Assembly: GCA_050248855.1 (NCBI GenBank)
Contig: JBFWRP010000013.1
Coordinates: forward strand, 32,001 to 96,000
Length of the DNA stretch: 64,000 nucleotides
Origin: Planctomycetota bacterium
GTDB taxonomy: Bacteria; Planctomycetota; PLA2; JAEUHO01
Direction: 5' to 3'
The translations under genes were made by a program, and so were the position numbers. This document shows positions 1 through 8,970 of this stretch, one piece after another (positions within the stretch are counted from its first letter, which is position 1; each line of letters opens with the position of its first letter). The notes under the pieces are model-generated. The model searched no databases. It had not been told where the DNA came from and saw only the letters and a program-made list of their open reading frames with translations.

Positions 1-251
1 CGCGCGTGCGAGAGCCCGGGCACGGGCTCACGCGCCGCGCGCACGGGGAGACGATCCCGGAACCCGTCGACGATGGCCCGGACCTCGCCGCGCGCCGGTG
101 CGTTGTCGACGACCACGACCTCCCACGCACCCCGTGGCGCGTGCGCCGCAGCCATCGACGTCAAGGTCCGCAGCAGCGAATCCGGGCGACGCGCCGTACA
201 GATCAGGACGCTCAGATCGAGCGTGTCCGTACGTCCGCGCAGGGTGGACAC
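1..251 (-). CDS. Glycosyltransferase family 2, N-terminal part (runs off the left edge; absent from the ORF track)
   Basis: Manual translation gives ...LDLSVLICTARRPDSLLRTLTSM...WEVVVVDN...EPVPGLSHA, the typical GT2 N-terminus. GTG at 251; alternative ATG at 290. Confidence 0.8.
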   Translation of the reverse strand, partial: MSTLRGRTDTLDLSVLICTARRPDSLLRTLTSMAAAHAPRGAWEVVVVDNAPARGEVRAIVDGFRDRLPVRAAREPVPGLSHA

Positions 252-344
252 ATCGTCCGGGCGGGGGTGCAAGCCGGGGCCGGGTGCCATCGGGGCGATG
301 GTAGAAGAAGCCGACCTGATGGCGCCTGCGGGCGAGGAGTCCCC

Positions 345-2246
345 GTGAAGTTTCCGCTGCTCGTTGCCCTCGCATTCGTGGCCGGCGTCGGCACCGTCCG
401 CATCGCAGCGAGCGGCGAGCCGGCGCAGGTCCGCGAGCTTCCCCAGCTTGACCGCTTCTTGGCGGGGGCCGGGCCGCGCTACGGCGCCGAAGGCGTGTTC
501 GAGCTTCTCGACGACGGACGCACGCCGGGGCAGTCCAACACCGCGGCATGGCCGCGCCACGCCGAGGGCGCCCGGCAGCACACGGAGGTCCTTGCAGAGC
601 TGCGCGTGGAGGAGGGCGGGGACGGCGGCGCGTTCGTGCTGCTGCCGACGACTGCGTACGGCTACCAGGGTGCGGCTCCTTTCCGCGCCGACTGGACGCA
701 CGCCGACCTGCCGGGCGCGTTCGCCGTGGGCGTCGACGTGCACAACCCGCCGACCCAGGAGCCGTTCGGCCCCGATGGCAACGTGCTGGGCGCGCCCGAG
801 CGCGAGGTGTCGCTGCACTTCGACGGCCGCGAGCTGGTGAAGCGTGTCGTCGACAGCGAGTTCCGGGGTGCGTGGACACGTGTCCGGATCCGCGTCGAGC
901 ATGTGGTCGGCGGTGCCGAGGTCACGGTGCTCCTGGGGGAGGAGATGGTCTACGACCGGTGGTTCGTGGCCGGGTTCCTGCCCTACGAGTCACGCTTGGC
1001 CATCGGGGCCAGCACCACGGGCGGGGCCACGACGCGCTTCGACGTCCGAGCCGTCGAGGTCGTCCCGGGACCCGCTGCGAAGCGCGTGCGTCCCCCGCTC
1101 GAGGTGGAGGTCTTCCACCATGTGCGGACGGACAACACGACGACGGCGTACCAGGCCACCGTCGACCTGCCGCCGCTCGAGTGGTCGTTCGGCCGCATCC
1201 TGCTGACGCTCGACCTCCACGATGCCGGGCGCATGTGGGACGAGTGGGACCGCAACGGCGAGATCTCGATCCTGGACGACGACGGCACCAAGCTCGGCCT
1301 GGTCCCGTTCATCACGTCCTACCGGACACCCTGCCACTGGGTCGTGGACGTCACGGCGTTTCGGCCGTGGCTGCATGGTCGGCGCACGTTCGAGATCGCG
1401 GCGGGAACGACGTTCTACATGAACCGCGGCTACCTCATGAGCGTGTCGCTCGCGTTCCACCATGGAACCCCCGAGACGGTGGCCACGAAGGTCGTTCCCC
1501 TCTGGCACGGCACGGCGCACTACCGCAGCGACGCGAACGCCTTCCGCGACTTCTACACGCCGCAAAAGGTGGCCATCGACAGGAGCGTGACGAAGGCCGA
1601 GCTGGTGGTGTTCACGACGGGGCACGGCCAAGTGGGCGAGTTCACGCCCGCCAAGCGCACCATCGCGTTCACGCCGGACAGCTCGGCCGCAGCCCCCATC
1701 GAGAAGCGGTTCGAGGATGTCCTCTGGAAGACGGACTGCTACTTGAACCCCAACCGTCCGCAGTACGGCACGTGGAAGTACCCGCGCGCCGGCTGGGCGC
1801 CCGGCGACATCGTCCACCCATGGACGGTGGACCTCACCCCGGACCTCGTGCCCGGAGCCACGGCCCGTCTCGTGTACGAGCCTCGGCCCTACGAGTTCCC
1901 GGATGGCCAGCGACCGAGCGACGAGCAGCTGGCGCAGGCCACGCACGTCGTGCGCGCGTACGTGATCCTGTACGGCAAGCCGCAGGGCCTGCTCGAAGCG
2001 CCCACGATGCGCGTCGCCAGCGTGACCAAGGGCGGCAACGCGGACCGGGCGGGCGTGAAGGCCGGCGACTGGATCGGGTTCTACGACGGTCAGCGCATCG
2101 ACTCGGCCGATGCCTTGCGCGCAGCGATCGGAAGCGCCACGTCGGATCCGTCACGCAGCATTCCCCTGGTCCTCTTCCGCGGCAGCGAGCGTATCGAGGT
2201 CACGGTCCAGCCAGGCCTGCTCGGCGTGCAGATCGGAGGTGCGTGA
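345..2246 (+). CDS. Secreted PNGase F-like protein with N-terminal lectin-like domain and C-terminal PDZ domain
   Basis: GAGGAG RBS and GTG at 345; signal peptide; WDEWDR, FITSY, WVVDVT, TGHG..GEF and NRPQYGTWKYPRAGWAPG motifs of the PNGase F family; C-terminal V..V..GGNADRAGVKAGD PDZ signature. Confidence 0.75.
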   Translation: MKFPLLVALAFVAGVGTVRIAASGEPAQVRELPQLDRFLAGAGPRYGAEGVFELLDDGRTPGQSNTAAWPRHAEGARQHTEVLAELRVEEGGDGGAFVLLPTTAYGYQGAAPFRADWTHADLPGAFAVGVDVHNPPTQEPFGPDGNVLGAPEREVSLHFDGRELVKRVVDSEFRGAWTRVRIRVEHVVGGAEVTVLLGEEMVYDRWFVAGFLPYESRLAIGASTTGGATTRFDVRAVEVVPGPAAKRVRPPLEVEVFHHVRTDNTTTAYQATVDLPPLEWSFGRILLTLDLHDAGRMWDEWDRNGEISILDDDGTKLGLVPFITSYRTPCHWVVDVTAFRPWLHGRRTFEIAAGTTFYMNRGYLMSVSLAFHHGTPETVATKVVPLWHGTAHYRSDANAFRDFYTPQKVAIDRSVTKAELVVFTTGHGQVGEFTPAKRTIAFTPDSSAAAPIEKRFEDVLWKTDCYLNPNRPQYGTWKYPRAGWAPGDIVHPWTVDLTPDLVPGATARLVYEPRPYEFPDGQRPSDEQLAQATHVVRAYVILYGKPQGLLEAPTMRVASVTKGGNADRAGVKAGDWIGFYDGQRIDSADALRAAIGSATSDPSRSIPLVLFRGSERIEVTVQPGLLGVQIGGA

Positions 2247-2365
2247 TGGCGCTCTCCACTCGCGGCGCCGTGGCGTGGGGAACCCTCGTGCGCTGGCTCC
2301 TCTTCGCCCTCCTCCTCGCCGGCGCCATCACTTGGTGGAAGAGCCGCCAAGGCGGTTGAGGCTGA
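2246..2365 (+). CDS. Small single-pass membrane peptide; 37 aa to the first UGA, or 39 aa ending GG-U-G if Sec is inserted
   Basis: TGATG stop/start overlap with the upstream gene; hydrophobic helix LVRWLLFALLLAGAITWW; GGC GGT TGA GGC TGA followed by a hairpin at 2375-2392. Confidence 0.55.
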
Positions 2366-2392
2366 GGCACCAAAGACGCGCGGTCGCGCGTC

Positions 2393-3098
2393 CCCGCATG
2401 TGTCAGGACGCTTGCCGCGGTGCCGCACCGTGAGGAGTGCAGGGGTGGTAGGGACTAGCACCCCTGCTGCGCAGGCGAAGCCGGAGCACCGAATCCGCGC
2501 GGGAGTGCGGAACGGAAGCGAGAGCGTCGTCCCTCTACGGGCAACGCAAGGCACATCTGAGACTCGCCCCGTTGACCGAGGCAGAAACCTGGGCAAGGTG
2601 CCTGACGTGGAAGGTGCCTGACACGCAGGGCTCGGCGAGCGCAGCCACTCCTTCGTGGGAGGGGGTGCCGCGCGCATCGAGACGCGGTACGGAGGCGGGG
2701 ATTTCTTCCGCAACTTGCCGCCCTGCGCTTCGGCATGCGGAAGTGCCCATCGGCAAGTTGCGGAAGAATTCCCCGCCTCCGTACGGGCTTTGCCGTCGGC
2801 ATGAAGAACTGACACGTAGTGGTCGCGGTTCGACCGCCAGCGAACCCGGATGTGTCAGGACCCTTGCCGCGGCGCCGCGTAGCGGCAACGTGGGCAAGGT
2901 GCCTGACACGGAGGGGTCGCGATTCGACGGCCAGTGGACGTCGCACTTTGGCAACTGAAATCGAGCGGAGCGCACGGAGTAGCGTTCCGCGCTACCGCGC
3001 GGACTCGGCGCTCCGGCTTCGCCTCCGCAGCAGGGGGGCTATTCCGTACCCCCCCTGCACCCCTCACGGTGCTCCGAGGCACAGGTTCAGACACCTCC
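2393..3098. repeat. Intergenic REP/BIME-like mosaic between convergent genes
   Basis: 90-nt inverted copies at 2425-2514 and 2983-3072 (80/90 identical by hand); 34-bp inverted repeat 2687-2720/2751-2784 with 1 mismatch; several GGCAAGGTGCCTGACAC / GTGTCAGGACSCTTGCC motifs. Confidence 0.8.
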
Positions 3099-3139
3099 GC
3101 GCGCCTCGCGGCTCGACTGCCAGCGACCGTCGCGCTGCG

Positions 3140-3913
3140 CTACTCGCACGCCAAGCGCACGCGATCCCCCAACGCTTCGAGGATCACCTTGCGCGTCGCC
3201 TCGGGAACCTCGAGCCGCGCAAGCTCGGCGTGGACCTCTTCCGGCGTGCCGTAGCCCGACAACCATCCGTTGAGCCGGGCCGCCAACGGACTGTCCAGGA
3301 TCATCGCGTCCGACGCATCAAGCCCGAACACCTTCACCATCAGCGCGCCACGGCTGCGAAGCGCGTACTTCTGATGGTACGCCTCCGCCAGCCAGAAGGT
3401 GCCCGCCGCCTTCACCTCCGTCAGAGGCCGCTTGCCATCCCGTCGCGCCGCCAGCTTCTCGATGCTGGCTTCCGCCCATCGCGCCTGCTCGGCGCCGTGC
3501 GTCCACAGCACGGACTTGTACTGCGTGGACCCGCCTCGCCGCCACGGATCGTGCCCTCTCCAGAACAGCTCGAGCAGCTTCTCGTACGAGATCAACCGCG
3601 GGTCGAACTCGACCTGGAACGCCTCCGTGTGGTCCCCCAGATCGCGGTACGTCGGCTTGTCCTTCGTACCCCCCGCATAGCCGACTCGTGTCCGAAGCAC
3701 ACCGGGGAGACTCCCGAACTGGGCGTCCGGCCCCCAGAATCAGCCCAGCGCGAAGGTGGCGACCTGCACGTTCTCGGCCCGCGGTGCATCGGGCGCCAGG
3801 GGAACGGGAACATGCTCCTTGGCGCGCGCCGTGGCCACGACGAGTGCGCCAGCACCCAGGAACCCGGCCACCGCGGGGAGAACACGTCGAAGGAGCGAGC
3901 GTCGAGCGGTCAT
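3140..3913 (-). CDS. msrA: Peptide-methionine (S)-S-oxide reductase MsrA, selenocysteine-containing, with Tat-like signal peptide
   Basis: Reading through TGA (3742-3740) gives ATFALG-U-FWGPDAQFG..GVLRTRVGYAGG..PTY..LGDHTE, i.e. the MsrA GCFWG motif with U; FWLAEAYHQKY also present; start MTARRSLLRR. Confidence 0.92.
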
Positions 3914-3961
3914 GACCCCACCCTACGGGCAAGCCGGGCGCGTAGCCTCTACACTGGCGTC

Positions 3962-4714
3962 ATGCCGTCGTTCCGTCCGGTTCGAGCCCTGTCGTTCGAC
4001 TGCTACGGCACGCTGATCGACTGGGAGACGGGCCTCGAGCGCGCCCTGGCACCGTTGGCCGCCCGCGCGAAGGACGATTTGCCCGCGCAGGAGATCCTCG
4101 GGCGGTTCGCCAGCGAGGAGCACCGCATCCAGCAGCTGCACCCCACCCTGCCGTACGACCGCGTGCTCGCCGAGACACACCGCGCCCTGTCCCACGCCTG
4201 GGAGGCGCCTGCCACCGATGCCGACCACGAGGCCTTCGCCGCTTCGCTGGGGACGTGGCCGCCCTTCCCCGACAGCCGCGCGGCCTTGGCGCGCCTCGGC
4301 CGCCGCTTCCACCTGGCGATCCTCTCCAACGTGACGCGCGACGGCATCGCCGCGTCGGTGTCTCTCCTCGGCATGCGCTTCGACACGATCCTCACCGCCG
4401 AGGACATCGGCTCCTACAAGCCCGACCCCCGCAACTTCGAGGCTCTCCTCCGCCATCTCGACCGCCACCACGGCATCCAGCCGCACGAGCTGCTGCACGT
4501 GGCCCAGAGCCAGTTCCACGACATCGTCCCGGCGAGCCGGCTCGGTCTGTCCACCGCGTGGATCGATCGCCAGAACCTCGCCGAAGGAGGCTCCTTCGGA
4601 GCGACGAAGGCCCTGACGGCGCTCGCGCGTCCGACGTGGCGATTCCGGAGCCTCGTCGAGCTGGCGGACGCCGTGGACGCCGAGCTTGCAGCAGCGGCGG
4701 GGAAGCCCGCATGA
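3962..4714 (+). CDS. Haloacid dehalogenase type II-like HAD hydrolase
   Basis: FDCYGTLIDWE, LSNV, SYKP and HVAQSQFHD motifs. Confidence 0.9.
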   Translation: MPSFRPVRALSFDCYGTLIDWETGLERALAPLAARAKDDLPAQEILGRFASEEHRIQQLHPTLPYDRVLAETHRALSHAWEAPATDADHEAFAASLGTWPPFPDSRAALARLGRRFHLAILSNVTRDGIAASVSLLGMRFDTILTAEDIGSYKPDPRNFEALLRHLDRHHGIQPHELLHVAQSQFHDIVPASRLGLSTAWIDRQNLAEGGSFGATKALTALARPTWRFRSLVELADAVDAELAAAAGKPA

Positions 4715-5865
4715 TCGCGCCCCGCCACATGCTGGTCGCTCCCCTGCTGCTGGCCGTGGGCCTGTGCACACCGAACAAGGGCTACGCGAACGACAGTGGA
4801 GACGATCCCCACGGCATCGGCCAGTCGAGTCCGAGCGTCGTGCGTACCCTCGAGCTGGCGCTGAGCGGCGAAACCCCGATGGAGATCGATCGCCCCGGAA
4901 GCCGGTGCAACCGGCGAGACCGGGTCGCGGCGTGGTGGAAGGCTCTCGGTCGGGGGGCCCTTCCTGCGCTCCTTCGCGTCCTCGATCCGAAGACGATGGG
5001 CGATCCGTGGGAGGCGATGCTGCGCCGCGAGGCCGCACTGCAGGGCCTGCTCCACTTGGTCCGACGTTGGGACCTTCCCCTCCTGCGGGCTCTTCATGAG
5101 GCCGGTTGGCGCGATGTGATCTGGTTGCAGCTGGCACTCGAGGACTCGCACATGCCTCGGCACGTGGCCCTTGCCCTCGAGCGTGGCCAGCGCGTAGGAG
5201 CGGTACGACTCGCGGCGATGACGTATCCGCATCGCCTGATCGATCAGGCCTTGCTCCCGATCTTGGACGCCGGACAGGAAGCCATGGGCTACGGCGCCTC
5301 CTGGATGCTCGACTACGTCGATCGACGTCAGCTCACGCAGGCCCTGCCCGCCTTGGAGAAGTGGATCGCCGAGCTGGAGCGAGGCGAGCGCTTCGAGGGG
5401 AACGATCTCGTGGAATCGTCCTTGATGCAGGTCGTCTCGCCGCCACCGCGTGGGCTCCTGGACCGCGATCTGTGGATGACCGAGGAGATCAGCTTCCCAC
5501 CCGGCCGGGGCAAGCACCCCCTGCGCGCGTGGTTCGTCCCGCACCGGAGCAACCCCGATGACGACTGGGTGGACTCCGCCTCGGACCAGCTTCTCCGGCT
5601 CCACGTGACGTGCGCCCGACTGGGCTCGCACGAAGCCTTGTTGCACATCGTCGCCATGACCCAACCGTCGTACACGCGCCCACGAAACTCCGAGTCGTGG
5701 AGCCGCAAGGAAGTGAAGTCAGGAGCACTTCGGATGCTCCGCCATCTCATTGCGGAAGCCTTGCCCGCGTTCGAGGACGCCCCGGAAGCGCTCCGGGAGT
5801 GGTGGATGCAACACCACGACAAGCTCCACTTCGACCACGACACGCGGACGTGGAGCGTCCGCTAG
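4711..5865 (+). CDS. Hypothetical secreted helical protein
   Basis: ATGA overlap with the HAD gene; signal-like N-terminus; C-terminal W..WW....L.FD motif resembles that of 17055-18320. Confidence 0.6.
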   Translation: MIAPRHMLVAPLLLAVGLCTPNKGYANDSGDDPHGIGQSSPSVVRTLELALSGETPMEIDRPGSRCNRRDRVAAWWKALGRGALPALLRVLDPKTMGDPWEAMLRREAALQGLLHLVRRWDLPLLRALHEAGWRDVIWLQLALEDSHMPRHVALALERGQRVGAVRLAAMTYPHRLIDQALLPILDAGQEAMGYGASWMLDYVDRRQLTQALPALEKWIAELERGERFEGNDLVESSLMQVVSPPPRGLLDRDLWMTEEISFPPGRGKHPLRAWFVPHRSNPDDDWVDSASDQLLRLHVTCARLGSHEALLHIVAMTQPSYTRPRNSESWSRKEVKSGALRMLRHLIAEALPAFEDAPEALREWWMQHHDKLHFDHDTRTWSVR

Positions 5866-6686
5866 TCGGTCGAGGAGCCACCCTCTTCGCCGTCACGCTT
5901 CTTCTTGCGCTTCTCCTTGCGCTCTTCGAGACGGGCCTCGCGCTGGTCGGCCTTCTCCTCGGCGGCACGGCGGCGCTCGGCGGCGGCGGCGAAGTCGAAG
6001 TCCTTCTTGTTGTCCTTCCACCAGATACGCCAGGCGTCCGTGTCGCCGCCCAGGTCCTGACCGATGGCGGACGTCAGGGCTCGACGCAAGAGCGTGGCGC
6101 CCCGGTTGGCCTCGTTGGCCGCGCCGCGGCCCGCGCGGGCGCGCAGGTCGATCAGGAGCTCGATGGCCTTGGCGTCGGGCACGTTGGCGATGGCCATCGT
6201 GCGGGCGCCAAGCTCCTCGGCGTCCATCTTGATGTCGATGTCGTCGGCCAGGGCCTTCAGGCTGTTCACCTGGGCCAGGCGGCGGAGCGCGTCGATCACG
6301 AGGAGTCGCTCCTCGAGCCTGTCGCCGCCGGGCACCTTGGCCAGACGTGCCCCAAGGGCCTGGGCCGCGCCCCGCTTGCACGCCTCGGCCTCACGCGTCG
6401 CCAGCGCCTCGATGGCCGTTTCGCGCAGTTCGAAGAAGTCGTCGCCCAAGCGCTTGACGAGGGCGGCCGTGACCAGGGGATGCTGGTTGGCCTTGGCCTC
6501 GACCAGCGCCTCCTCGCGAACGGCACGCTCCTTGTCGCCCAGCCGCTCGGCCAGGGCCTTCGCCTCGGCCTTGGCGGCCTCCTCGGCGGCCTTGTCGGCG
6601 GCGGAATCCGCCCTGGCACCGTGGGTCACCGCCGACACGAGCAGGGCCAGCGCAGCTACGGCGAGGAAGAAGCGCGTACGGGTCAT
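5862..6686 (-). CDS. HEAT-repeat-like secreted protein
   Basis: Signal peptide; L.D....VRE.A helical repeats; GQDLG.D..AW..WW motif. Confidence 0.75.
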   Translation of the reverse strand: MTRTRFFLAVAALALLVSAVTHGARADSAADKAAEEAAKAEAKALAERLGDKERAVREEALVEAKANQHPLVTAALVKRLGDDFFELRETAIEALATREAEACKRGAAQALGARLAKVPGGDRLEERLLVIDALRRLAQVNSLKALADDIDIKMDAEELGARTMAIANVPDAKAIELLIDLRARAGRGAANEANRGATLLRRALTSAIGQDLGGDTDAWRIWWKDNKKDFDFAAAAERRRAAEEKADQREARLEERKEKRKKKRDGEEGGSSTD

Positions 6687-6762
6687 GGGAGCCTCCCGAG
6701 GTGCGGCCTGAAACCCCTCGCCGCCGTCCGGGTCGCGTCCAGGCCGGGCCGGGCCGGGCCCC

Positions 6763-7218
6763 CTACCCTCCCGGGCCGTCCGCGAGCATGTAGCCCTGCA
6801 GCGAGTCGTGCTCGTTGCGGAGCCGGCGGAGCTGGTCCCCGTAGAGACGGCGGATGGAGAGGATGCCGCCCAGGCCCCCGTCCGGAAGCATCACCGGCAG
6901 GTGCCGGCAGCCCGCCTCGATCATCAGCTCGGCGGCCTCTTCGTGCGTGGCCGTCGAGCCGATCGTGCGCAGCTCGCGCGTCATCACGTCCCGCAGCGGG
7001 AGACTGGCCGGGTCGTGGTCGCGATCGATCACCCGCACGAGCAAGTCGCGCTCGGTGAAGATCCCGAGGAGCTCATCGCCCTCCATGACCGCGAGGGCGC
7101 CGACCTTGGCCGCTACCAGCTCCCGCACGGCATCGCGAACGCATGCGTCGGCTTGGAGGGCCAACACAGGTTGGCGGCAGAGGCGCAACAAGGGAGTCGT
7201 CGGTCGAATCTGGGTCAT
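6763..7218 (-). CDS. CBS domain pair protein
   Basis: VGALAV..LLGIFTERD..VMT..RHLPV..GILSIR; GGAGG RBS before ATG 7218. Confidence 0.9.
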   Translation of the reverse strand: MTQIRPTTPLLRLCRQPVLALQADACVRDAVRELVAAKVGALAVMEGDELLGIFTERDLLVRVIDRDHDPASLPLRDVMTRELRTIGSTATHEEAAELMIEAGCRHLPVMLPDGGLGGILSIRRLYGDQLRRLRNEHDSLQGYMLADGPGG

Positions 7219-7401
7219 CAGCGCCCTCCAGTACATGGCACCGTCGCATACGGTGCGAAGCACTGCACTGTAGTCCAACGCCAAGGGTCGTTCACGGACC
7301 ATCTCGCCCGAACCGCCCGCTTTGCATGGCCGCTCTGCGAGGGATATGGCGTGGAAACGGTGAAGGGCCCCCGCCGCCCGCAACGGGCGACAGGGGCCGG
7401 G

Positions 7402-8535
7402 TCAGGCCTCGAGGACGGGGCCGCGGTCGATCAGCGAGCGGACCTGGGTGGCCAGGTCGCCACCGCCGAACACGAAGGCCGCGCGAGTACCGGCCAGGAT
7501 CTCCTGGAGGGCCTCGAGCTCCTTGATGCGGGCGAGCATCGGGTTGTCGGCCAGCAGCTTGGCGGTGTGCGCCTGGCTACGAGCCGCCGCCGTCTCCTCG
7601 CGCCGCTTGATGACGTTGGCCTCGGCCTGCTTCTGCGCCGTGATGACCTGGTTGAGGATCGTCTTCATGTCACCCGGCAGGATCAGGTCCCGCAGGCCGA
7701 CACCGAGAACCTCGACACCGAAGGCCTTCGCACGCTCGGCAATCGCCTCGCGGACTTCCTGGCCCACGGTCTCCTTGTCCACCAACAGCGCATCCAGCGT
7801 GCGCGCACCCACCGCCGCGCGCAGCGCAAGCTGCGCCTCGCGGTAGAGCGCCTGGCTCGAGTCGCTCACGACCGTCACGGCCGCCAGCGCGTCCACGACA
7901 CGCGACGTCACGACGAGGTTGACGCGTAGCGTCACCTTGTCCCGGGTCATGATCTCCTGACCCGCCACGTCGGCCGTCTGTTCGCGCAGGTCCACCACGC
8001 GCGCGGTCGTCTTCGGACCGGCGAGCCAGTAGATGTAGCGACCCTCGCGGAAGCGTGCGAGGGGAGCCCCCTCGCGGAAGAGGATCACCTCTTCCTGGGA
8101 ACCCGCCTCCGTGCCCGCCAGGAACTTCGACGCGCCCGGGAAGCCGACGATCACGTCGAGCTTCTCGTGTTCGAGGCGCGCCCCGTTGCCGATGGCGAAC
8201 ACCTCGAAATCGAGCGCGTAGGGCTCACGCCAGAAGGCGTGACGCCCGGCCCCCAGGATCCCGTCGAGCCGCCCGTCCTTCCAGACGAGCGCACGCTGGT
8301 CGTCGCGGAGGTCCACGACATGGAGCTCCCGGGCGAGGTCGGGTGCGCGAACGAGGATGTCGAGCAGCGGGTGGCGGAACGCGCTCTCGAGCGTGTTCGC
8401 GAGCTCCGTGCGAATGCCCCGCAGGTTGGCGAACAGGGGAGTGCGGTAGCTGCCCGGATCCAGGAGGCGCACGAAGTCGCCCCGCTGGAACCGCAGCCCG
8501 CGCTGATGACGCTGGATGTGGATGCGACGGAACAT
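7402..8535 (-). CDS. Slipin family (SPFH/band-7) protein
   Basis: AAGGAGG RBS; repeated RGL.F..G.F..LL.PG N-terminal motifs; VDLREQ..V.GQEIMT.DKVTLRVN, QLALR..VG.RTLD.LL and RREETAA.RS motifs. Confidence 0.9.
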   Translation of the reverse strand: MFRRIHIQRHQRGLRFQRGDFVRLLDPGSYRTPLFANLRGIRTELANTLESAFRHPLLDILVRAPDLARELHVVDLRDDQRALVWKDGRLDGILGAGRHAFWREPYALDFEVFAIGNGARLEHEKLDVIVGFPGASKFLAGTEAGSQEEVILFREGAPLARFREGRYIYWLAGPKTTARVVDLREQTADVAGQEIMTRDKVTLRVNLVVTSRVVDALAAVTVVSDSSQALYREAQLALRAAVGARTLDALLVDKETVGQEVREAIAERAKAFGVEVLGVGLRDLILPGDMKTILNQVITAQKQAEANVIKRREETAAARSQAHTAKLLADNPMLARIKELEALQEILAGTRAAFVFGGGDLATQVRSLIDRGPVLEA

Positions 8536-8600
8536 GGCTGTTCCTCCTTGGAGAACGTGAACCACCCGCCGGCCGACGCGGCCGACGGGAAAGGGAAGGT

Positions 8601-8862
8601 GCGGACCGGGGCTTGGGGGGCTCCCCGTTCCCCGCGGCGAGCTCGTCGGCCGGGTGTCGTGTGCACCGACCTGCGCGACGTGCCGCATGCCGGACGTCAT
8701 CTCGGGGGATGACGCTGGGCAATCAGCAGGTCGCACGTGGATGCACGCGAGATCCCGGCCGAGGGAGTCGTCGCGGTGTCGCCGTCGGAGCCGTCACCGA
8801 CGCTCACGCGCGGGCAGCACGGCTTCGGAAGCAACGGGTCAGGGGACCAAGCCCCGATCCGC
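8601..8862 (-). ncRNA. Candidate ~260-nt rod-like structured RNA (family unknown)
   Basis: Nested helices 8601-8616/8847-8862, 8646-8654/8754-8762, 8657-8665/8742-8750, 8667-8674/8726-8733 and 8695-8701/8708-8714. Strand inferred from neighbours. Confidence 0.55.
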
Positions 8863-8898
8863 GAGGCGCGGGCTCCCCGGGCCCGCAGGTTGGTGGGG

Positions 8899-8970
8899 AA
8901 GGAGTGATGGGAGTCGAACCCATGACACCCAGGTCTACAGCCTGGTGCTCTACCTCTGAGCTACACGTAG
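8899..8970 (-). ncRNA. tRNA-like element, anticodon GTA, non-canonical (tRNA mimic or pseudo-tRNA)
   Basis: TA-GCTC-AGAGGTA-GAGC-A-CCAGG-CTGTAGA-CCTGG-GTGTC-ATGGG-TTCGACT-CCCAT; the acceptor stem pairs only 3 bp and the long Tyr variable arm is absent. Confidence 0.75.

Noticed and set aside
2393..3098. CRISPR array or coding ORFs
   Set aside because: The repeats are inverted and irregularly spaced, there are no cas genes, and the ORFs are artefacts of the repeats.
8899..8970. Functional tRNA-Tyr gene
   Set aside because: The acceptor stem is largely unpaired, and the long variable arm of bacterial tRNA-Tyr is absent.
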